From assembly GCA_040285855.1 (NCBI GenBank), contig JAUFOQ010000010.1:1612001-1676000 (forward strand): DNA of 64,000 nt, written 5' to 3'. The DNA comes from Eukaryota sp. GEM-RC1. Lineage: Eukaryota. Below, one piece after another: positions 36,373 to 51,766 of the stretch. The position numbers and the translations under genes were made by a program. The notes under the pieces are model-generated. The model had not been told where the DNA came from and searched no databases. It saw only the letters and a list, made by a program, of their open reading frames with translations. Position 1 is the stretch's first letter. Each line of letters starts with the position of its first letter.

Positions 36373-37869
36373 TATAGTTGAAACACCACATCAGCTTCCC
36401 CTTCTGTATAACTATAAATATGAAACAGACGTTTCAACTTAAACACTACTGAAGACGTAAAACATATTATGTTCCAATGATTTTGGCAAGCTCAATCAAA
36501 TTCTGTCTTCGAAATATATGGATCTTTCAGTTGTTATATCTAATTTTGAAAGTATTATTAAAATGAGTTCTCAGTTTTTCATTGATTTTGTGTTTATGCG
36601 TAAGTCTAGTTTCAGATCTAAACGGTATATGCAAACTGTATACATATATGCATAAGTCCGACTAGTCATGTGTTTTTGCATAAGCATCATTTTATACATT
36701 TTTGAATCTACGGATTTTATATACTATTAAAACATTGCAGTATTGTACCACACAGAACACTATTGAGGAAGTACTGTCAGAGTGATGCAGTCAGTTTTAA
36801 CACCCAACAATCATGTAAACAATTGATCTGTAAATAAGAACACTACACTTCTTAATAATGTTAGTGTCAACCACATGTATTAGAAGGATATCGTAGGGAC
36901 ACAATTATAAACAGCATAACAATAATTATAATTATAATTATGTACATCATTTTATTGCTTTCCAACTGTCAGTTATCAATGACAACAACTAGATAAGCCC
37001 TGTAAAGAAACAAGTTACTACAAATTGAACTAACTCTAGTACTGATGAGTGTTTTGATCGAGTACCTAGGTAAGTTCCAGTCCATTCATGTAAGTATACA
37101 CTTGTAGCTATATCCTCTAAAAGGCGGGAACCTTTCAAAGGAAGAAAGGTTGACAACGATATCAGCAAGTAGCAGGCAACTTTACTATTGCCAGCGTTGA
37201 CCTAGTTTGCACATATACCATCATCTTGAAAACCCATCCGAAAAATCATTGCCAAATGATTCGATACGTTGCCAGATGTATGTATTGTAGAAATCTAGCT
37301 AGCAATATCTATTAAAAATCACATATATTTTATTCACATTCACATATTTCATCATCTGATGCTACAAGCAACAAAATAATTACATGTTACAGTACAGATC
37401 CATTTCAGATGTGACTAAATTTGGTATTTCCAAAAGCACCTTCGTTTATTCGTGATTGTTTTTCAAATAGTACATGGGATTTGCTCTTTGGGGATACATC
37501 TCTGACTACGTTTCTTCGCAACTGTTGTTTTGGATGTTCTACACACTAACTTCATTCAGAGATGAGATTCTACTTGCCATTTTGCTGTGGGAAGGTGTTG
37601 CCAATCACTTGTGATTGCACTTCAGCAATCACAATTTATGACCTCATGAAAATTTTTGTCGCATGACAAAAAATTGTCGTGTTGCTATTTTGTATATTTA
37701 GTTGAATATTTAGGTTGCCTCAATTTTAATATACATCCAGAACAAGAGTGTTCTGGTCGTGGAGTACGCCTGTGTCATCATACAGAACGCAATGCTACTT
37801 TAATTGTGAATCTCCGATTCTACGTACGTACCAAGACTCCTAAACGTCTTCGTCGAAGCTCCTTCTGAC

Positions 37870-38580
37870 AATGTTTCCATTGTAGAGGCGTTCCAGTCCA
37901 ACAAGAAAACACTTGCTGGTGAAACTTTATCTAAGTTCATTTATTGCAGTAATATGGCTTTAATATTGTATTCTAGTCTGTTTGCGAAATTTGTATCACT
38001 CATTGGGCAAATTGGCACAAGTGACTCAGTTCCAGCTTCGTCCACTATGAGAAACACGTTCATGCCTAATGAATATTGAGAAGAAAAGGAAAATGTTGAC
38101 AATGACATCAAAAAAATATAAATGGTTACCTAATTTAAACGGTTGGAGTGATGGTGATCGATCACCTATAAATTGTATTTTAGTTTCTCCTAATGTTACT
38201 ACTTTTTTTAGAGCTCTCAATGTATCTGACAAACCAACGACTGGTGAATACATCGCATTGTCAATTCAAGATGTCATTGCAGATATTGGAAAGGAAAAAA
38301 TTAATCAAGTGGTAACTGATAGTGGTTCTGTTATGTCTAAAAATTTTTCATACACGACGTTTGTGTCATAGTCTTGATTTGGTTCTGGAATCTATGTACA
38401 AAAAATTCAATCAATCATCGTATCCAGAAGTTTCAACATTTTTTGAACAAGTTCGTAGAATTGTTACTTTTTTACTACCCATCTAAGCCAGGAGCATTAC
38501 TCAAAAATCATACTCATTTGAAGATTAGAAAATGTACAGAAACGGGATTTTCTATTCATTTTTAACGTTGAACAGAATAG
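37870..38580 (+). mobile_element. hAT transposase remnant (DUF659-type region)
   Basis: NGWSDGDRSPINCILVSP...FF...TTGEYIA...DIGKEKINQVVTDSGS. Confidence 0.75.
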
Positions 38581-38648
38581 TTCGAACATCAGCTCCCATA
38601 TGCCGTTAAATCAAGGAAAATTGGATGACTGTCATTGACAAGAAATAA

Positions 38649-39143
38649 ATGTTATCAAATTCGTTTGACTCCTCATACTTATGTCTTACACTCCGAGAGA
38701 AAATAGCAGTGCTTGGACTCTACTTAGAAGTTTTACTTCACCATTCAAAACCAGTGTCAAAACGAGACATACTTGAAGCTACTCACAAGCGCAATCCAAA
38801 CTTCGAAACATCTGGATGGGTTGAAGCTTCCAATTTCATCAATAATGGTATGGTTACAGCTCCACAGGAAAAGGAGAGACTCTACTCATTGACTTCCGAA
38901 GGCATAGCAGTTATTCAAAGGGATCATGTTGTTTCAAAAGCCAAACCTTCTGAAAACTTGGTACAATCAGTAAATCCAATAAATCTTACTTATAATCGTC
39001 CGTATGATGTCTTTGACTTTAATAAACCAATCATCCCCATAGAACTTAATTACGATATTGTTACTAGAAGAAGAACGTTTGGTGATAAGTATGTTGGATT
39101 GTCTTTGACGATATCCTTGACGTCACAGTCGAAAACCTTATAA
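38649..39143 (+). pseudogene. Winged-helix fragment resembling the Mus81 WH domain
   Basis: VSKRDILEA...SGW...FINNGMV...LYSLTSEG pattern; no ERCC4 nuclease motif recognised downstream. Confidence 0.35.
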
Positions 39144-41028
39144 TCACCATGCCTTTTGTGTAAAGATCAATCCCCAGGTGCTAATTGGTGCCACGTGTCA
39201 TGGTCAATGGGTCCATACGGAAGAGCAGGATAACGTACAGACAATTACTTTGGTTAATCAAAAGAGAGCAGAAACTTCAAAGTCACATATACTTTTTCTT
39301 GGAGAAGTTGTCGATAATCCCATTTCAACCCATATGACTAAGGAAATTGAGCAATATGCGTTTTCTAGGCTTTTCAAAACAACTGTGTTTTCTCGAAAAA
39401 TGTTCTTGAATACCTAGATGCATGTGAAGCCAAATATTTCCGAGAAACGTGGACTTCTACCATTGAAATAGGTAAAAGATACATCAGCCAAGTTTTAATG
39501 AACGTTCGATGTCGAACAATCACTGTCAAGAGTTGACCAAGCTAAAGACATTCAACATGAATTATAGATTGTTGTTTTCATTCATTTAAGATTTTTTTTC
39601 ACTCCATTGATGGGTAGTATCCTTTCAAAACCTAAAAACTCCCTACTCGAACAAATATTGTTACAAATATTGTAGGTCTAAAAAGCCTTCTCCGCAGTCA
39701 AACAATAAATGTGGTTAGTATACATTGTACGTGGTAAGTTGGTGTCTTCAAATAAAAGTATTTTTTCAAGAAAAATAGAATTTTTTGTTGATTTGTAGAT
39801 TGCATTCATAATGCATAATTCACGACATTTTTCAGTTTTCTCACAACCTTTTCACATCCAAATCATCTTAGGCGATCATTTTTAACAAAATTTGGGGCTT
39901 GCGGTTGCGAATTGACATAAAGACATCCCAGAGCGACTTCGACGGTGACATTGGTGCATAAAACTCTTGTCACCACACAGTCCTCTCCATGATTTGGGTT
40001 TTAACAGAGATGTTCCAGTTGAACGCCGTTATGATTCATCATACGTCTCCAGCGCTAATACAAAAACTATAGATCCTTTAATCTGATCACATCCTTCATG
40101 ATACTGTTATAACTCAAATTAAACTCCACATTACCGATTATTCTGTGTATACTTATGAGTCACCTTGTTTTGATTAAATACTGGCGATATTGTATCAAAT
40201 CAATAGCAACTGATGGACTATATATACTTTCCATAGATACGCTAAAAAAATGTTTGTGATGATGTGTGTTGTCCCACAATAGCAACTCGAGTTGAGTTTA
40301 GGATAGATAGTTTTGAGTTGTTGAGATGCATGCAGTAACGTCTCTTTGTGTATTCAAAAGAGAGACTATTTCTCGGAGATACAATAGAGGATGTTCGTAT
40401 AAAATGTTTTTGAAATATACCAAATCGTCTTCAGATAGCTTTCGAAGACCTGATATCGTGTTTTAAGGAGCAAAACATTTGACACAAGGAAAAACTCAGC
40501 GCAACTTCTGCCTGAGTTTTGTCCAAAGTAAGGGTAAACAGCTCTGACGATAGTATCATCTGTGGCTTTACGTCGTAAAGAAAGTTGGTCAAGTTCAGAA
40601 TCTAACAAAAGTTGAAGTGAGTGTCCCATAAAAAGCGAATTTGCTCACACACGCGAAAATTTTAGGAACCACAGTTGTTAATGGTGAAAATTTTCTTTCA
40701 TCATTGAATGGAATTATGTAACTCAAAGCAAGTAACATGTATGGACTAGTTCAAATTCAATGTACAGTAAGTAAGAGAAGCTAAAGACTCATGGAACCAA
40801 AAGAAGTCTAGAAGAAGAAAGAAACTGTCCGATAAGCTTCATAAGGACAGTTAAGAGAAGGAAATAACGTCAAGTCAAAAAGGAATTGACCTAGAACTAA
40901 AAGAAAAGAAAGAACTAGCAGAAGACACTGTAGGAGTGGCTGAACAAGATTGACTAGAACATTCTAAGGAGAGAGAACGAAGTAGACTGCCTTTACATTG
41001 GTGTATGTCTTTGATATGAACTTGAAGA

Positions 41029-43476
41029 ATGCCCAATCTCATGTCCAATTCAAGTAACTCTCGACCCTCTTCTAGAACTTCCAACAACGCCAAAAGTCCT
41101 CCTTCTAAACGCCCTCGAGGTCTAGATAGTCTTGATCTTGCACATACTTATTGCTTCCCTTCGGATTGCTTCTGCAACAACCTCTATTCTCTACAAAGAG
41201 ACAACCTTCTTACTGACGCTGTCATTACCTACGATGGCAACCCTTTCCACTGTCATTCCTTCGTTGTCAGTGCTTTCAGTCCTATTCTTAAGGAGAAGGG
41301 TCTGGAATCTACCACATTAGAGTTCCATCTAATTCCTTTTCTTACAGATTCTGATATCTTCTTCTCAGTCCTATCAACTCTCTATGGACAATCTCTTATT
41401 GTTACTCCTGAAAATGTTACATATATCTCCGTCATTGCTTCTCTTCTTCAGTTTCAGGAGTTAAGTCAGTTTGTTACTGAGAGAATGACAAAAGGGTTGG
41501 GAAATTTTGGGGATAACAATTTTAAATTGGATTCACAAAATTTAATTTTAAAAATTGTAGAATCTTGCCCTAAAGACGTACGTGTTTCTTACAAAAACAC
41601 GTCTATCACTTTGAACTCTGTCTTATTGATTTCATTTTCAAAAATGTTTCAGAATTTAATTACATGTGAATTTAAAGATTCAGCTGTTAGAAATTTTGAA
41701 TATTCTGATGAATTTCCAGGTGTATCTGACGAAGTTTTTGGTTTGTTTTTCGGACTTATTCACTATGAGAATTCTGTTGAATTTAGTATTTCAAATATTT
41801 TGGAGTTTTTTCAATTATCTGTTTATTTCCAAGTAGATCAGTTGAAATTGGATTGTAAAAACTTTCTCGTTTCGAATTCTTTTCAAGAGAAGAACTTTTT
41901 TATCTTTTGAAAACTTGTAACGACAAGAACCAATTCTACTTCATTGATCAAAATACCGAGATTTTTTCAATTTTTTCAAATATTGACAGTCCACCTTTCC
42001 CCCCTAAGAGTTACTTTTATTACTTTATTATTGCCTGTTGTTGATCCTTTTGGTTGTTTAAATGTTTAATTGAGCTATACAAGAATGAATATTCTTTAGA
42101 TCCAAAAACCAATGAACTATTAAAATTTCCAGAGGAGTTTCGAGTTGAGTTTTTCAAAATATTCGAGCTATTAGATTCCACTAGTGATGATCACTTAAAT
42201 TCCACGTTGTTGAGGTGGTCAACTTATATTTTTGAAAACGTTAAAAGTTTTGCAAATATTCCTCCAGATTGGTTTCTATGGACCTTACAAAAGAATTCTA
42301 ATTTTTTTACAGATTTAAATCTTTTTGGTGATTGTTTTCTTTCTATTGTTAAAGTTGAGTCGTTACAGAATTTTCCTCATTTATGTTTACCAAAGAATCT
42401 TCTTGAACTTCTTTGTTCAATTCTTCCTGGTGATTTCTGCGTGTGGCTGGGAAAATGTCTGGTGAAGTCTTGGAAGAATTCTGAAAAATTGAATTTTTCT
42501 TTGACAAATGATTCTTTTTCAAATGTATCTCATTAATTATGGAAAAAACTGATTTGAACGTGGTGCAGTTTTTAAATTCTCTGATGGAAATCAACAACGA
42601 TAGTAAACTTGGATCAGCTATCACAACTTTCATTGCCAAGACTTCTCTTGATTTGTTGTCATCACGTGAAAAAGATCTCAAAGCTGGTAATCAACTGTAT
42701 TCAGATGGATTGCAGTTTTTCTATGGAAATTCTGTAACTCAGAATTACGAAAAGGCTTTTACTTTGTTTAATGAAGGTGCTAACCACAATCACGTTGATT
42801 GCATTTTCAAATTAGGAAGTTATTACTACTTAGGTTTTGGTGTTAAAAAGAATCTCTTCAAAGCCGTGGAATATTTTAAAAAATCTGCTGAATTGAAAAA
42901 TGTTTTTGGAATTCTTAATTTGGGATATTGTTTTTGAATGGTAACGGAGTTGACAAGAATGAAAATGAAGCTCTACTTTGGTTCAATAAGGCGGCAGAAT
43001 TAGGAAATTCTCAAGCATTTTATGGATTACATCGCTGTTACTTTGAGGGATTAGGAGTTGAAAAGAATGTACAAGAAGGTCTTAATTATTTGAAATATGT
43101 TATTTCCTTAGGTGATCCTGACGCTATGAATCTTATGGGATGTTTACTATGGGACAGTAATTGCATGGAGAAGAACCTCTATGACGCAATTAAATATTTT
43201 AAATTGGCATCGGACGGAGGATCGTCTCATGGAATGAGAAACTTAGGCGAAAAGTATCGTTCCGGTCTTATGGTGCCAAGGAACCGGCAAAAGGCACTTG
43301 AATTGTTTATACAATCAGCAAACTTAAACAATACTTCCGGCATTCAAAGCTTAATCACTTTTTACAAAGAAAGTGCTGTACCGGATCCAGATTTACTAAG
43401 TTATTGGGAGAAGAAGAAAGTAGAATTTAACGGTTGTAATGCTACTGACGTTTTGAAAAGAAGAGAATTGTTGTAA
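41029..43476 (+). CDS. BTB-BTB-Sel1-repeat protein, copy B (full length ~815 aa if homopolymer frameshifts are sequencing errors)
   Basis: ORFs 41029-41910, 42054-42536, 42539-42937 and 42928-43476 join across single-base gaps in T runs; N-terminal PPSKRPR basic motif. Confidence 0.8.
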
Positions 43477-44188
43477 TATTTAAAGTTTTACGTCTATCAA
43501 TACAATGATTTCCGAATCTGTTGGTTCGAAAAAAATTGTATATTTTAGATTCTGCATTAATGAACCACTGAACTTACTATTTTTAATGTGGGAACGTACG
43601 ACATTGCAAATGTACCATAACATGCCCCGTTTCACCTCACCACTTTATTGTGTCATAATTCTGATTATGTATTGATATACATAATATTCGCGGATCTAAA
43701 GGCCAAAAATCTTGAAGATGTCACAGTTTCGCTTTATGAAAAATGCTTTGCTGCTGACTATGCTCTTATTGTCGACCATTCTTCAGAATATACATATAAA
43801 CTCCTTTGTGAAGAGGGAGAGTCCGATATGTAAGAAAGACTGTGGTAAAAGGAGGAAATGGGGTTGCAACTTCAGTGTTGGAGTGATTCAAACCGAAACT
43901 TTTAAAACTGGCAAGTTGTCAGCCAAAATACGTCTCATAATCATCAGCCGTATACTTTTTTGTTCACTAGTAGGAGTTGTACAGTACAAAGATCTTTTAA
44001 ACAACACAATTGAGACTGAAACGTTCAACTTCAAAACTTCAGGTGAACAACTCATTCAAGATTAAAAACCATTATTAAACCTACATTGTAGTAAACGTCA
44101 TTGCAGCTCAGATATTGACATTGTCCAAAGTTTTCATGAAATTTATATACTTGGTTTAAAAAATCGTGATGTTATTTCTTCTCAAGCT

Positions 44189-44760
44189 TTGCATTTCATT
44201 GATTTGTTAAAGGTTAATGAAACAGTTACGTGTGTTCATCTCCGAGACAGCTACATTGGTGATGAAGGTGTTAGAGCATTGGCAGAGGCGTTGAAAGTTA
44301 ATACTTCAATAACCATCCTTGATTTAAGGTGCAACTATATTGGAGATGAAGTCTTCGTGGACTGGACGAAGAGTGGAAATGTGGTTTTCTTCGCCAGCTC
44401 TTGGATAACACGAAAAGAGTAGGTTCACTTTGGAAGAAAGAAGTACTATCAGTAGTTGTTTCAGTATTCTGCTTCATCAACGCAAATCAAAACAGGAATC
44501 ACCTGGAATCCTTGTATACTTTTTCTTTTTTGGGCATCATTTCAATGTTAGTATCTCACTGCCACTTTGTTTGATTCAATTATTACTACTACTTTTATAG
44601 TTCTGAATCCATTGATTATCTCTAATTGTCTTTCTATACATTTACTCCAAAGTAACTACTTCGACCTTTGTATTACTACTAATTAACAAACCTTAGTTAC
44701 ACTCTAGTATTTTCTAAGCCCAGGATGTGACTATTTAAGAGCTTGAAGACGTCACCCTCT
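44189..44760. pseudogene. LRR fragment (+) joined to an inverted RRM-LRR 5' fragment (-), copy B
   Basis: Duplicate of 17741-18310. Confidence 0.7.
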
Positions 44761-45253
44761 GTTTCCAGCAAATGACTTTTGATCATTCGTTATCTAAATA
44801 GTTAGTTCCAAACTGATTTACTTTCTATTTTTGAGACTATTATTACGTTTCGAGTACTTCGCCAAGTGTCTCATGTCGTAGTCAGAGATATATACGATGT
44901 TGTCTTCTGGACCTACCCAGGGTATGTATCTATTTGGGATACCATCATCATGGAAGTGATGATCCTCAATTGACCGAACTAACGTTAGCTCTTCGATCGT
45001 CTGGGGAGAGACTCATCTTACAAGCTAAAAGTTCTTGTTCGACAAGAAGGTTCTGTCATTCTTCGAGTCTTCTAGAGTGCTCTTTGGCGAGAGATTCCTG
45101 TTACTTGGGAATCTCTTCAGTCACTTCAGTTGACCTGTTATGTGTAACTGGAACGACATCGTGAATGGTTTCTGTATTAAAACTATGGTTTGGTTCTACG
45201 AAAACAGAATGATGTAATTGGATCTTCTTTCAATTGACTGATACGATTACTTT

Positions 45254-47680
45254 TTAGATTATCAATTTCATTGTAGAATTCAGCTTCATTAATTCAGTTA
45301 GTGCTTTGGTACATTCATCCCCAATATAAATACTTTCAAAACGAAGTTCTCTAACATTCAAAGAACAATTTAGCCGAATAGAATCAACTATCATCAAAAA
45401 ATCTTCATCATACAATTGGCAATAAGATAAATCAAGATGAGTCAATGATGTACTAGTCTTAATATAGTCACACAAGACTTGAAAAGCCGCTTTACTGAAA
45501 CTACACTTGTTGATACGAAGGTGTATTATTTCAAGAGAAAGTAAAACAGAGATACTCTTAGTAGTGATTTCAGTGTGGAATTCGGGCGAAAAGGAGAAAA
45601 TTCCGGATTGTGAGTCAGTTATGTGAGGCGAAATATCGACATCTATCAAAAAATTATTGATGGACAGAATTTGAAAAATGGCAACAATAGTGGAAAAATT
45701 TGTAAAGGCTGGAATTCCTTTACATTGAACACATTTAATAGGAGCTTTCGATTTAAAGGCTTTTAAAAGTAATCGTAAATCAGTGTTTTTAATCTTGTCC
45801 GCGTACCTAATAATACCACAAGAGAAATCAATAGTATGAGGTAATACTTCAATAATTGGTGGTGAGTGGTGAATAGAAAACGGTTTGAAGATATCCAAAA
45901 GAGTTTTAAATCCAATTGAAGAATTACTGAGATTAATCGTTTTTAAATTAGAATGTAACTGAAGTGCATCAATTAAATTCACGAAATTCTCATCCAATTG
46001 TTCTTTACAAGAGGAATCATTGTACAAGTAATCAAATGGATCAGAACTTTGCATACCACTGAAGTCAACAGAAGTCAGGGGAGCTATTTCCACTGATTAA
46101 ATCACACAAACTAGCAATTGCATCAACCTCAAAACAACACTTCTTAAGAGAAAGCTCTTTTATACTATAGTTTTCACAAAAGACTGTAAACGGGAGATCT
46201 CTTCAGCAGTAATCTGAGTAGAGCGTTCTGGGGAAAAACAAATCACCCCATGTTCAAAATCCAAATGATGAGCAAAAATTTCAATTTTTGGTGGTGATTT
46301 ATGAGTAGAATACCGTTCGAAAAGATTCAGAAGGAATTTGAACCCGATACCAATGTGACTGAGATCAACCGTTTTTAAGTAGGAACTCGACCAAATGACA
46401 TTAATAATTTTAGAAATACTTTTTTCATCCAGTTGACAGAAACTGAAGTCTTTTAAAGTCAAGTCGTTATTAAACTTAATGAAATCACACAAAGCAATTG
46501 TCGATTCATCAGTAAAACGACAGTTTTTTAGAGTAAGCTGGTGGATAGCAAATCTATCTGCAAATGACTGTAGAGAAGAAATTTCGACGATAATAATCTT
46601 ATGGGAATAAAGTAACTTTGGAGAAAAACAGAAAACGCCTTTTTTAACGTCAGTGAAGTGATGCCCAAAATCAATTGAAATAGGAAATTGCTCTGTACAC
46701 ACTGTTTCACAATCACTAATAAAAGAGCTCAAACTCTTGAAACTATACGGCATGATAACTTTTTTAATGACTTGATGTTCTTTCAGAGCTTCGACAATTA
46801 GTGTGAATTCACTAAAAATCATCAGGGAACCAGGAAAATTTAAAATCAGTAATGATTTGTTTTTACGTAACATTTTGCATAAAGCTCCATATTCTTTATC
46901 TTCGAAAGTTCCCATATATCCAGGATATCCATGTAGCAACAAATCTTTTAAAGAAGAGTTTGACTCAACAGATTTAAAAATGGGTGTAAATACCGACCCA
47001 GTGTGCGTGTTTTAAAATCGTTTTAAAACCGTGTTATGTTTTAAAACATCAGCAATATCATTAGCATCAAATTGTACATGTACCATATTCAACTCTTGCA
47101 GGGATAAATTACACTTTAAAGGAGCAAAAACAGAAGGAAAGATTTTTCCACTTGGTATCACTAAATTTTCAATACTGGAACTGCTAAATAAGGGAGCCAA
47201 AACTTCAGTAAAAGAAGACAACATATGGGTTAAGTTAACTTCTTGCAAAGAGTTACAATTAGCCAGAGCACTAATAATTGGCAGATAATCAAAACGTAAC
47301 AGATGGAATCCAATGGGCACAAGACAAAACTTTTTTAAAAGGCACTTACTGGAAGAGAAGATCTTAGTTAAAAGATCAGCTTGTGTTGAAGTAGATATAT
47401 TAACGTGTAATGCTTCAATGGTGGTACTTTCAAGTATATACTTGGCGGTGACCTCATTAAAGGTAAAGTTGGGACCGCTTAGTGACTTCTGATAAGGGAA
47501 AGTTGACTGATATTGGGTATGTACAGTGGACTTTGTGGCCCCTATTGTTTGGTAATTTATGTATATGAAACTCAAATCTGATTTGACATTTGTTTCTCTA
47601 ATGACACTGTTTACTATCGGTTTGGGCTTGTATGAGTGATTTTTGTCTGTTTGATTGGAATGTTTCCCTCATATGTGTTC
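45254..47680 (-). CDS. Divergent RNI-like LRR protein, copy B (interrupted)
   Basis: ORFs 47012-47575, 46160-46942 and 45254-46093; in-frame stop at ~47012 where copy A reads FEI. Confidence 0.7.
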
Positions 47681-50554
47681 TGGTTATCCAGTTCCTATTT
47701 CAATGATCCATCCTTTAAACTACATCATAGTCACACTTTTCCATAAACATACCATGAAGATCATGTTTATTGTCATACACACTATCTAATGTAGGAGAGA
47801 CAGGAAGATGCTCAGCCCAGTTTGTAAGCTTCACTTGTAGTTTTGATAAATCAGGGTATAAGTGAATTGTAGCTGACTGGTATTTCGGTAATAATCCCAA
47901 AATTAAATTAATTAATACTATTTTCAAAACGTCAGTAAATATACAACCCTGTATTTCTATTTTATTTGTTACCCAGTAACTTATATGTAAAATAATGATT
48001 TCAAAAGCTTTGTTATCCCTAAGTGTGTTTTATGAAGACAAAGCTTCAACAAGGTTCGATTCGAAGGAATCTTGCTTTGATGACATTGAGTATTAGATCA
48101 TCTTTTTTTTATTCTCGAATAAATGTACGATATATTAAAAAACTTATATGTAACGATTCAAATGTCTGTGTGTCTCTGATGTTGTACAAAGTGATTAGTT
48201 TATCAATTTCAGTAATATTGCTTACGTTTGCTGATTGTAAAAGCAAGTCGAGTGGTATTTGACTGTTCCTTGGAACCACAATATCTAAATGATATCTTAC
48301 GTCTAAGTTTCTGATTCCATAAGCCGGTCCTCCTTCAGCTTATTTAAAAAAAGTTAATTGTAATACATTCATTCATATTCTTCTCCATATCATCGCTCTT
48401 TGAAATGATGCTAAACTTGACGACTTGGCTGTCACTTATGTGTCCCAATGTTTCCTGGTAGATGTCGTGTATATACTCGTAGTTCTCTTGTGCACGAGTT
48501 TCTGTCATTAACATCGTCAGAGCTGTTGACAAGCTGAAACAAGTTTCCCTCCCAAATACTGACAGAAATTCGATGTACGCCGAAAAACTGAGCAACACCA
48601 TAATGCGTTTCTTAAAAAAGTGGGTATATACTGCTCGTGTCTTGGTGTCGTCTGAAGGCCGTCGATTAAGATAGTTTATGTCAATTCCATGTACGGGTTC
48701 AATGCTAAGTCCCGTAGAGGTTTGTTGAATCAAATCAAGTTTGGTGAAAGAAAAATTTAGAAGGCAACCAAACTGAAAACCACAGTTGTTAATGGTGGAA
48801 ATCTTCTTTCATCAGTGAATGGAATTATGTAACTCAATGCAAGTAACATGTAGGGACTAGGTCAAATTGAATGTAGAATAGGTATTGTGAATTTCATAGC
48901 TATCGCATACTATAGTACTCAAAAATTTCTTACCTTCACTTTTCATAAACTACATCGACATGTCTTCTTCTCTCCCTCGTTCCGTAAACGAAGAATTTAA
49001 TAACAATGACGAACCCGAACCCGAAGTGTCTGCTCGTAATGACTCCATTGAAGATGACGGTTCTAATGCAATTTCTGATGTTACTGCACCATCTCTCATC
49101 CATTCACCAACGTTTGTGAAGAGAACTATTGCTGATTCCTTCAATTATATCAAACTTATATATCGGCTTTTATGATGGAACAGTGAACATCTTCATCCAT
49201 CCTGATCTTAGTAACGTTAATGTAGTTCAGTTCATTGATTTAATGGTTGAACGTTACATTGTTGAATGTAACACTAACAATAAACCTCACGTAGCAAGGT
49301 CCGAGTTACTCCTGAAATATAAAACTACTGCTAACGCTTCTTATAAAATTACATGACCACTGAGTTTGTTGACAAAGATTTATATGACCCTTCTAGCTTG
49401 TTATCATCTGAATCTTGCTTTATACAAGTCTCACCCAGAACTCTCAACCGTGCCGACTTCTGCGAAAAATGTGTTTGGAACACGAACGAAAACAGGCGGT
49501 CTCTATTACTTTAGAAGATTTGAAGGCTGTCGATAATCGGTGTGGTTGCTGCAGACGTTGCCTGACGCTCTTGGAAGTCATTATACGAGTCGGGAAGAGC
49601 AACCATGTGCTCTATTCCGTATTCTATTCGCAAACTGTTCACTCCAAAAGCGACCAAACCAGTAGAGCAATTGACTGAAGATGGTGTGTTGGCAAAGAAT
49701 GTTGCATCCTTTGTCGTTCAACGTCTCACTGTGCTTGACTTAAAGCGAAATGCACGTGATAATCTTGGAAGAAAGATCCTTCTGGAAGAGATCCAGACTT
49801 ATATTCTAGAAGGTCAGCACAGGACCTCCAGCCAAGCAGAATTGACGAACGCAGCACATAGCAACTGCAACTCCAGTAGTAATTTGCCAGACAATCATCA
49901 TGATCAGTCGAGCAATTTGTTCAACACAATTAACTTCTTCCTATCCTTCTTTATTATACTGGCCTTATCGGCAACAGATATCTATATCTATACTTAATTC
50001 ATCACTTTAAAGCAGCCACCATTGGGGAAGCCACTCTTGAATACGGTGAATCGATGGACGAATCTTCGACGAATCCGCAATGTCTATAGTAGTCACGACA
50101 ATCATGATTACGTACTGTTCAAGACAGAAAAGAACCATCTCTATTACTTGGCAATGGAATGTCTCCACGTCCTGGAAATTGATCAACATAACGTGGTTTT
50201 TCACACATGATAGTGTAGTACAATAGAATTAGGTACAATCATAAATCACCTTAATTTCATTCAATACTTTCCGTATAACTTCATCTTCCAACGACTCAAA
50301 GCATCAATATATTATTACTCTGTATATTGGCTGAAAAGAACAAGAAGAAACTCACCAAATGAGCTTCTCTACAAAAGGCAAGGATCCCTCTGTGAAAAAG
50401 AAAAAAACCCAATACCTCAGACCTAGAAAAGCTATTAGGGTCAACCCCTGACAAGGACAGTGTTGGCTTCCTCACCCCTCTCGGTGGACCCTCTTTTGGA
50501 AAAGACGATAAAACTTCAAAATCTTAAAAGGATGATGGTACTTCCAAATACCAC

Positions 50555-50955
50555 TTCTCAAAGCATTTATAGAAGGCCATTTTGATAGAATTAGTTCTGT
50601 ATCTTTTCGAAACATCATTATAACTCTAACAAATTAGAAAGTTTTCCAGGTATAAGATCGATTTTTATACGAGACGATTGTAGAATTGACTGTTCTCCTG
50701 GCATTGATGAGACAATAAAGCAGTGTGGGAATAAGTATATCAAATTGCCCACTTAATGTCCGGAGATGAACCCGATAAAAGCCTTTGATGCAGTGCTAAA
50801 ATGCAGAGTAGTTGATGCAGTAGAACGGTTTCCTTTGAGTAATCCAGTTGATTTGGTTAACAGTCAAATTCACTCACTGCAACAATATTCTAGTGTTTGG
50901 TTGTTTCGACAAGTAGGATACGATGATGGTCAATGCTATTCTTCGCCAACGGATT
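50555..50955 (+). mobile_element. IS630/Tc1 remnant, duplicate of 24100-24500
   Basis: Near-identical sequence. Confidence 0.6.
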
Positions 50956-51766
50956 TTTTCGGTAATCACGGTTATTTTTTCTTTCTTTTGATGATCTCCA
51001 TGTCACCAGCCCAGAAGTAATGTATAAATATCAGTTGAAAGGGTTATATAACCAGAGAATCGCTGTCAATTCCACTTCAAAGGCTTTCAAACATTAGATT
51101 TTCGACAAAAAGACTACGTTTTCTGTCAGCTAACATCGATAGCGACATGTACAAGGAACATGTTCCCGTTCAGTCGAAACAAAAGCTAAGAACAATTTCT
51201 TTTGCTGATTTGAAAGTAGAAAACTCTGACTGGGAAGCCTACAATCAACAAGAATGGTCTGATTTGTATTCAAAAATTGACAAGATTTTCGGCTGTTGGT
51301 ATACCATCTGTTCTGGAAATCTCGATTTCTATCTGGTAAATCGATCAGCAATTGTTCAGTTAAAAAGAACATCAATGATTTGATAGACTGTGAGCTTGTT
51401 AGCCAACAAGACACTGTTATGACATCCTCTTAAAAGATCCACCGTAGATCTTGAAGTTCCCATGGTTTCACAACTGATGTTTAACAAAAATTTAAAAGAA
51501 CAAAAAGAAGTAATATTGAAGACTGTTTTCAAGGGATCTGTTTTCTTAATTATTTCCGTGATTTGAGCAATCATCCAGAATTATTGTTGATCTCGAAGTA
51601 CCACATGTACTTTCCAATCGTAGTATTTCTAATGAAGAAATGGTTAAATTACAAATTCTTGACGTTCAAAGTGACCATATTTCTGAACATATAAATAGCC
51701 ACTGACATTGTGTCCATGAGAAGGGTTTTAAAATGCAATAACGTGACGTATTCAGCACATTTGAAA

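Larger units (their letters stand above)
14698..37312 (+). repeat. Segmental duplication, copy A (~22.6 kb)
   Basis: Colinear, near-identical sequence and ORFs at 41144-63527 (offset 26446 at the left breakpoint). Confidence 0.97.
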
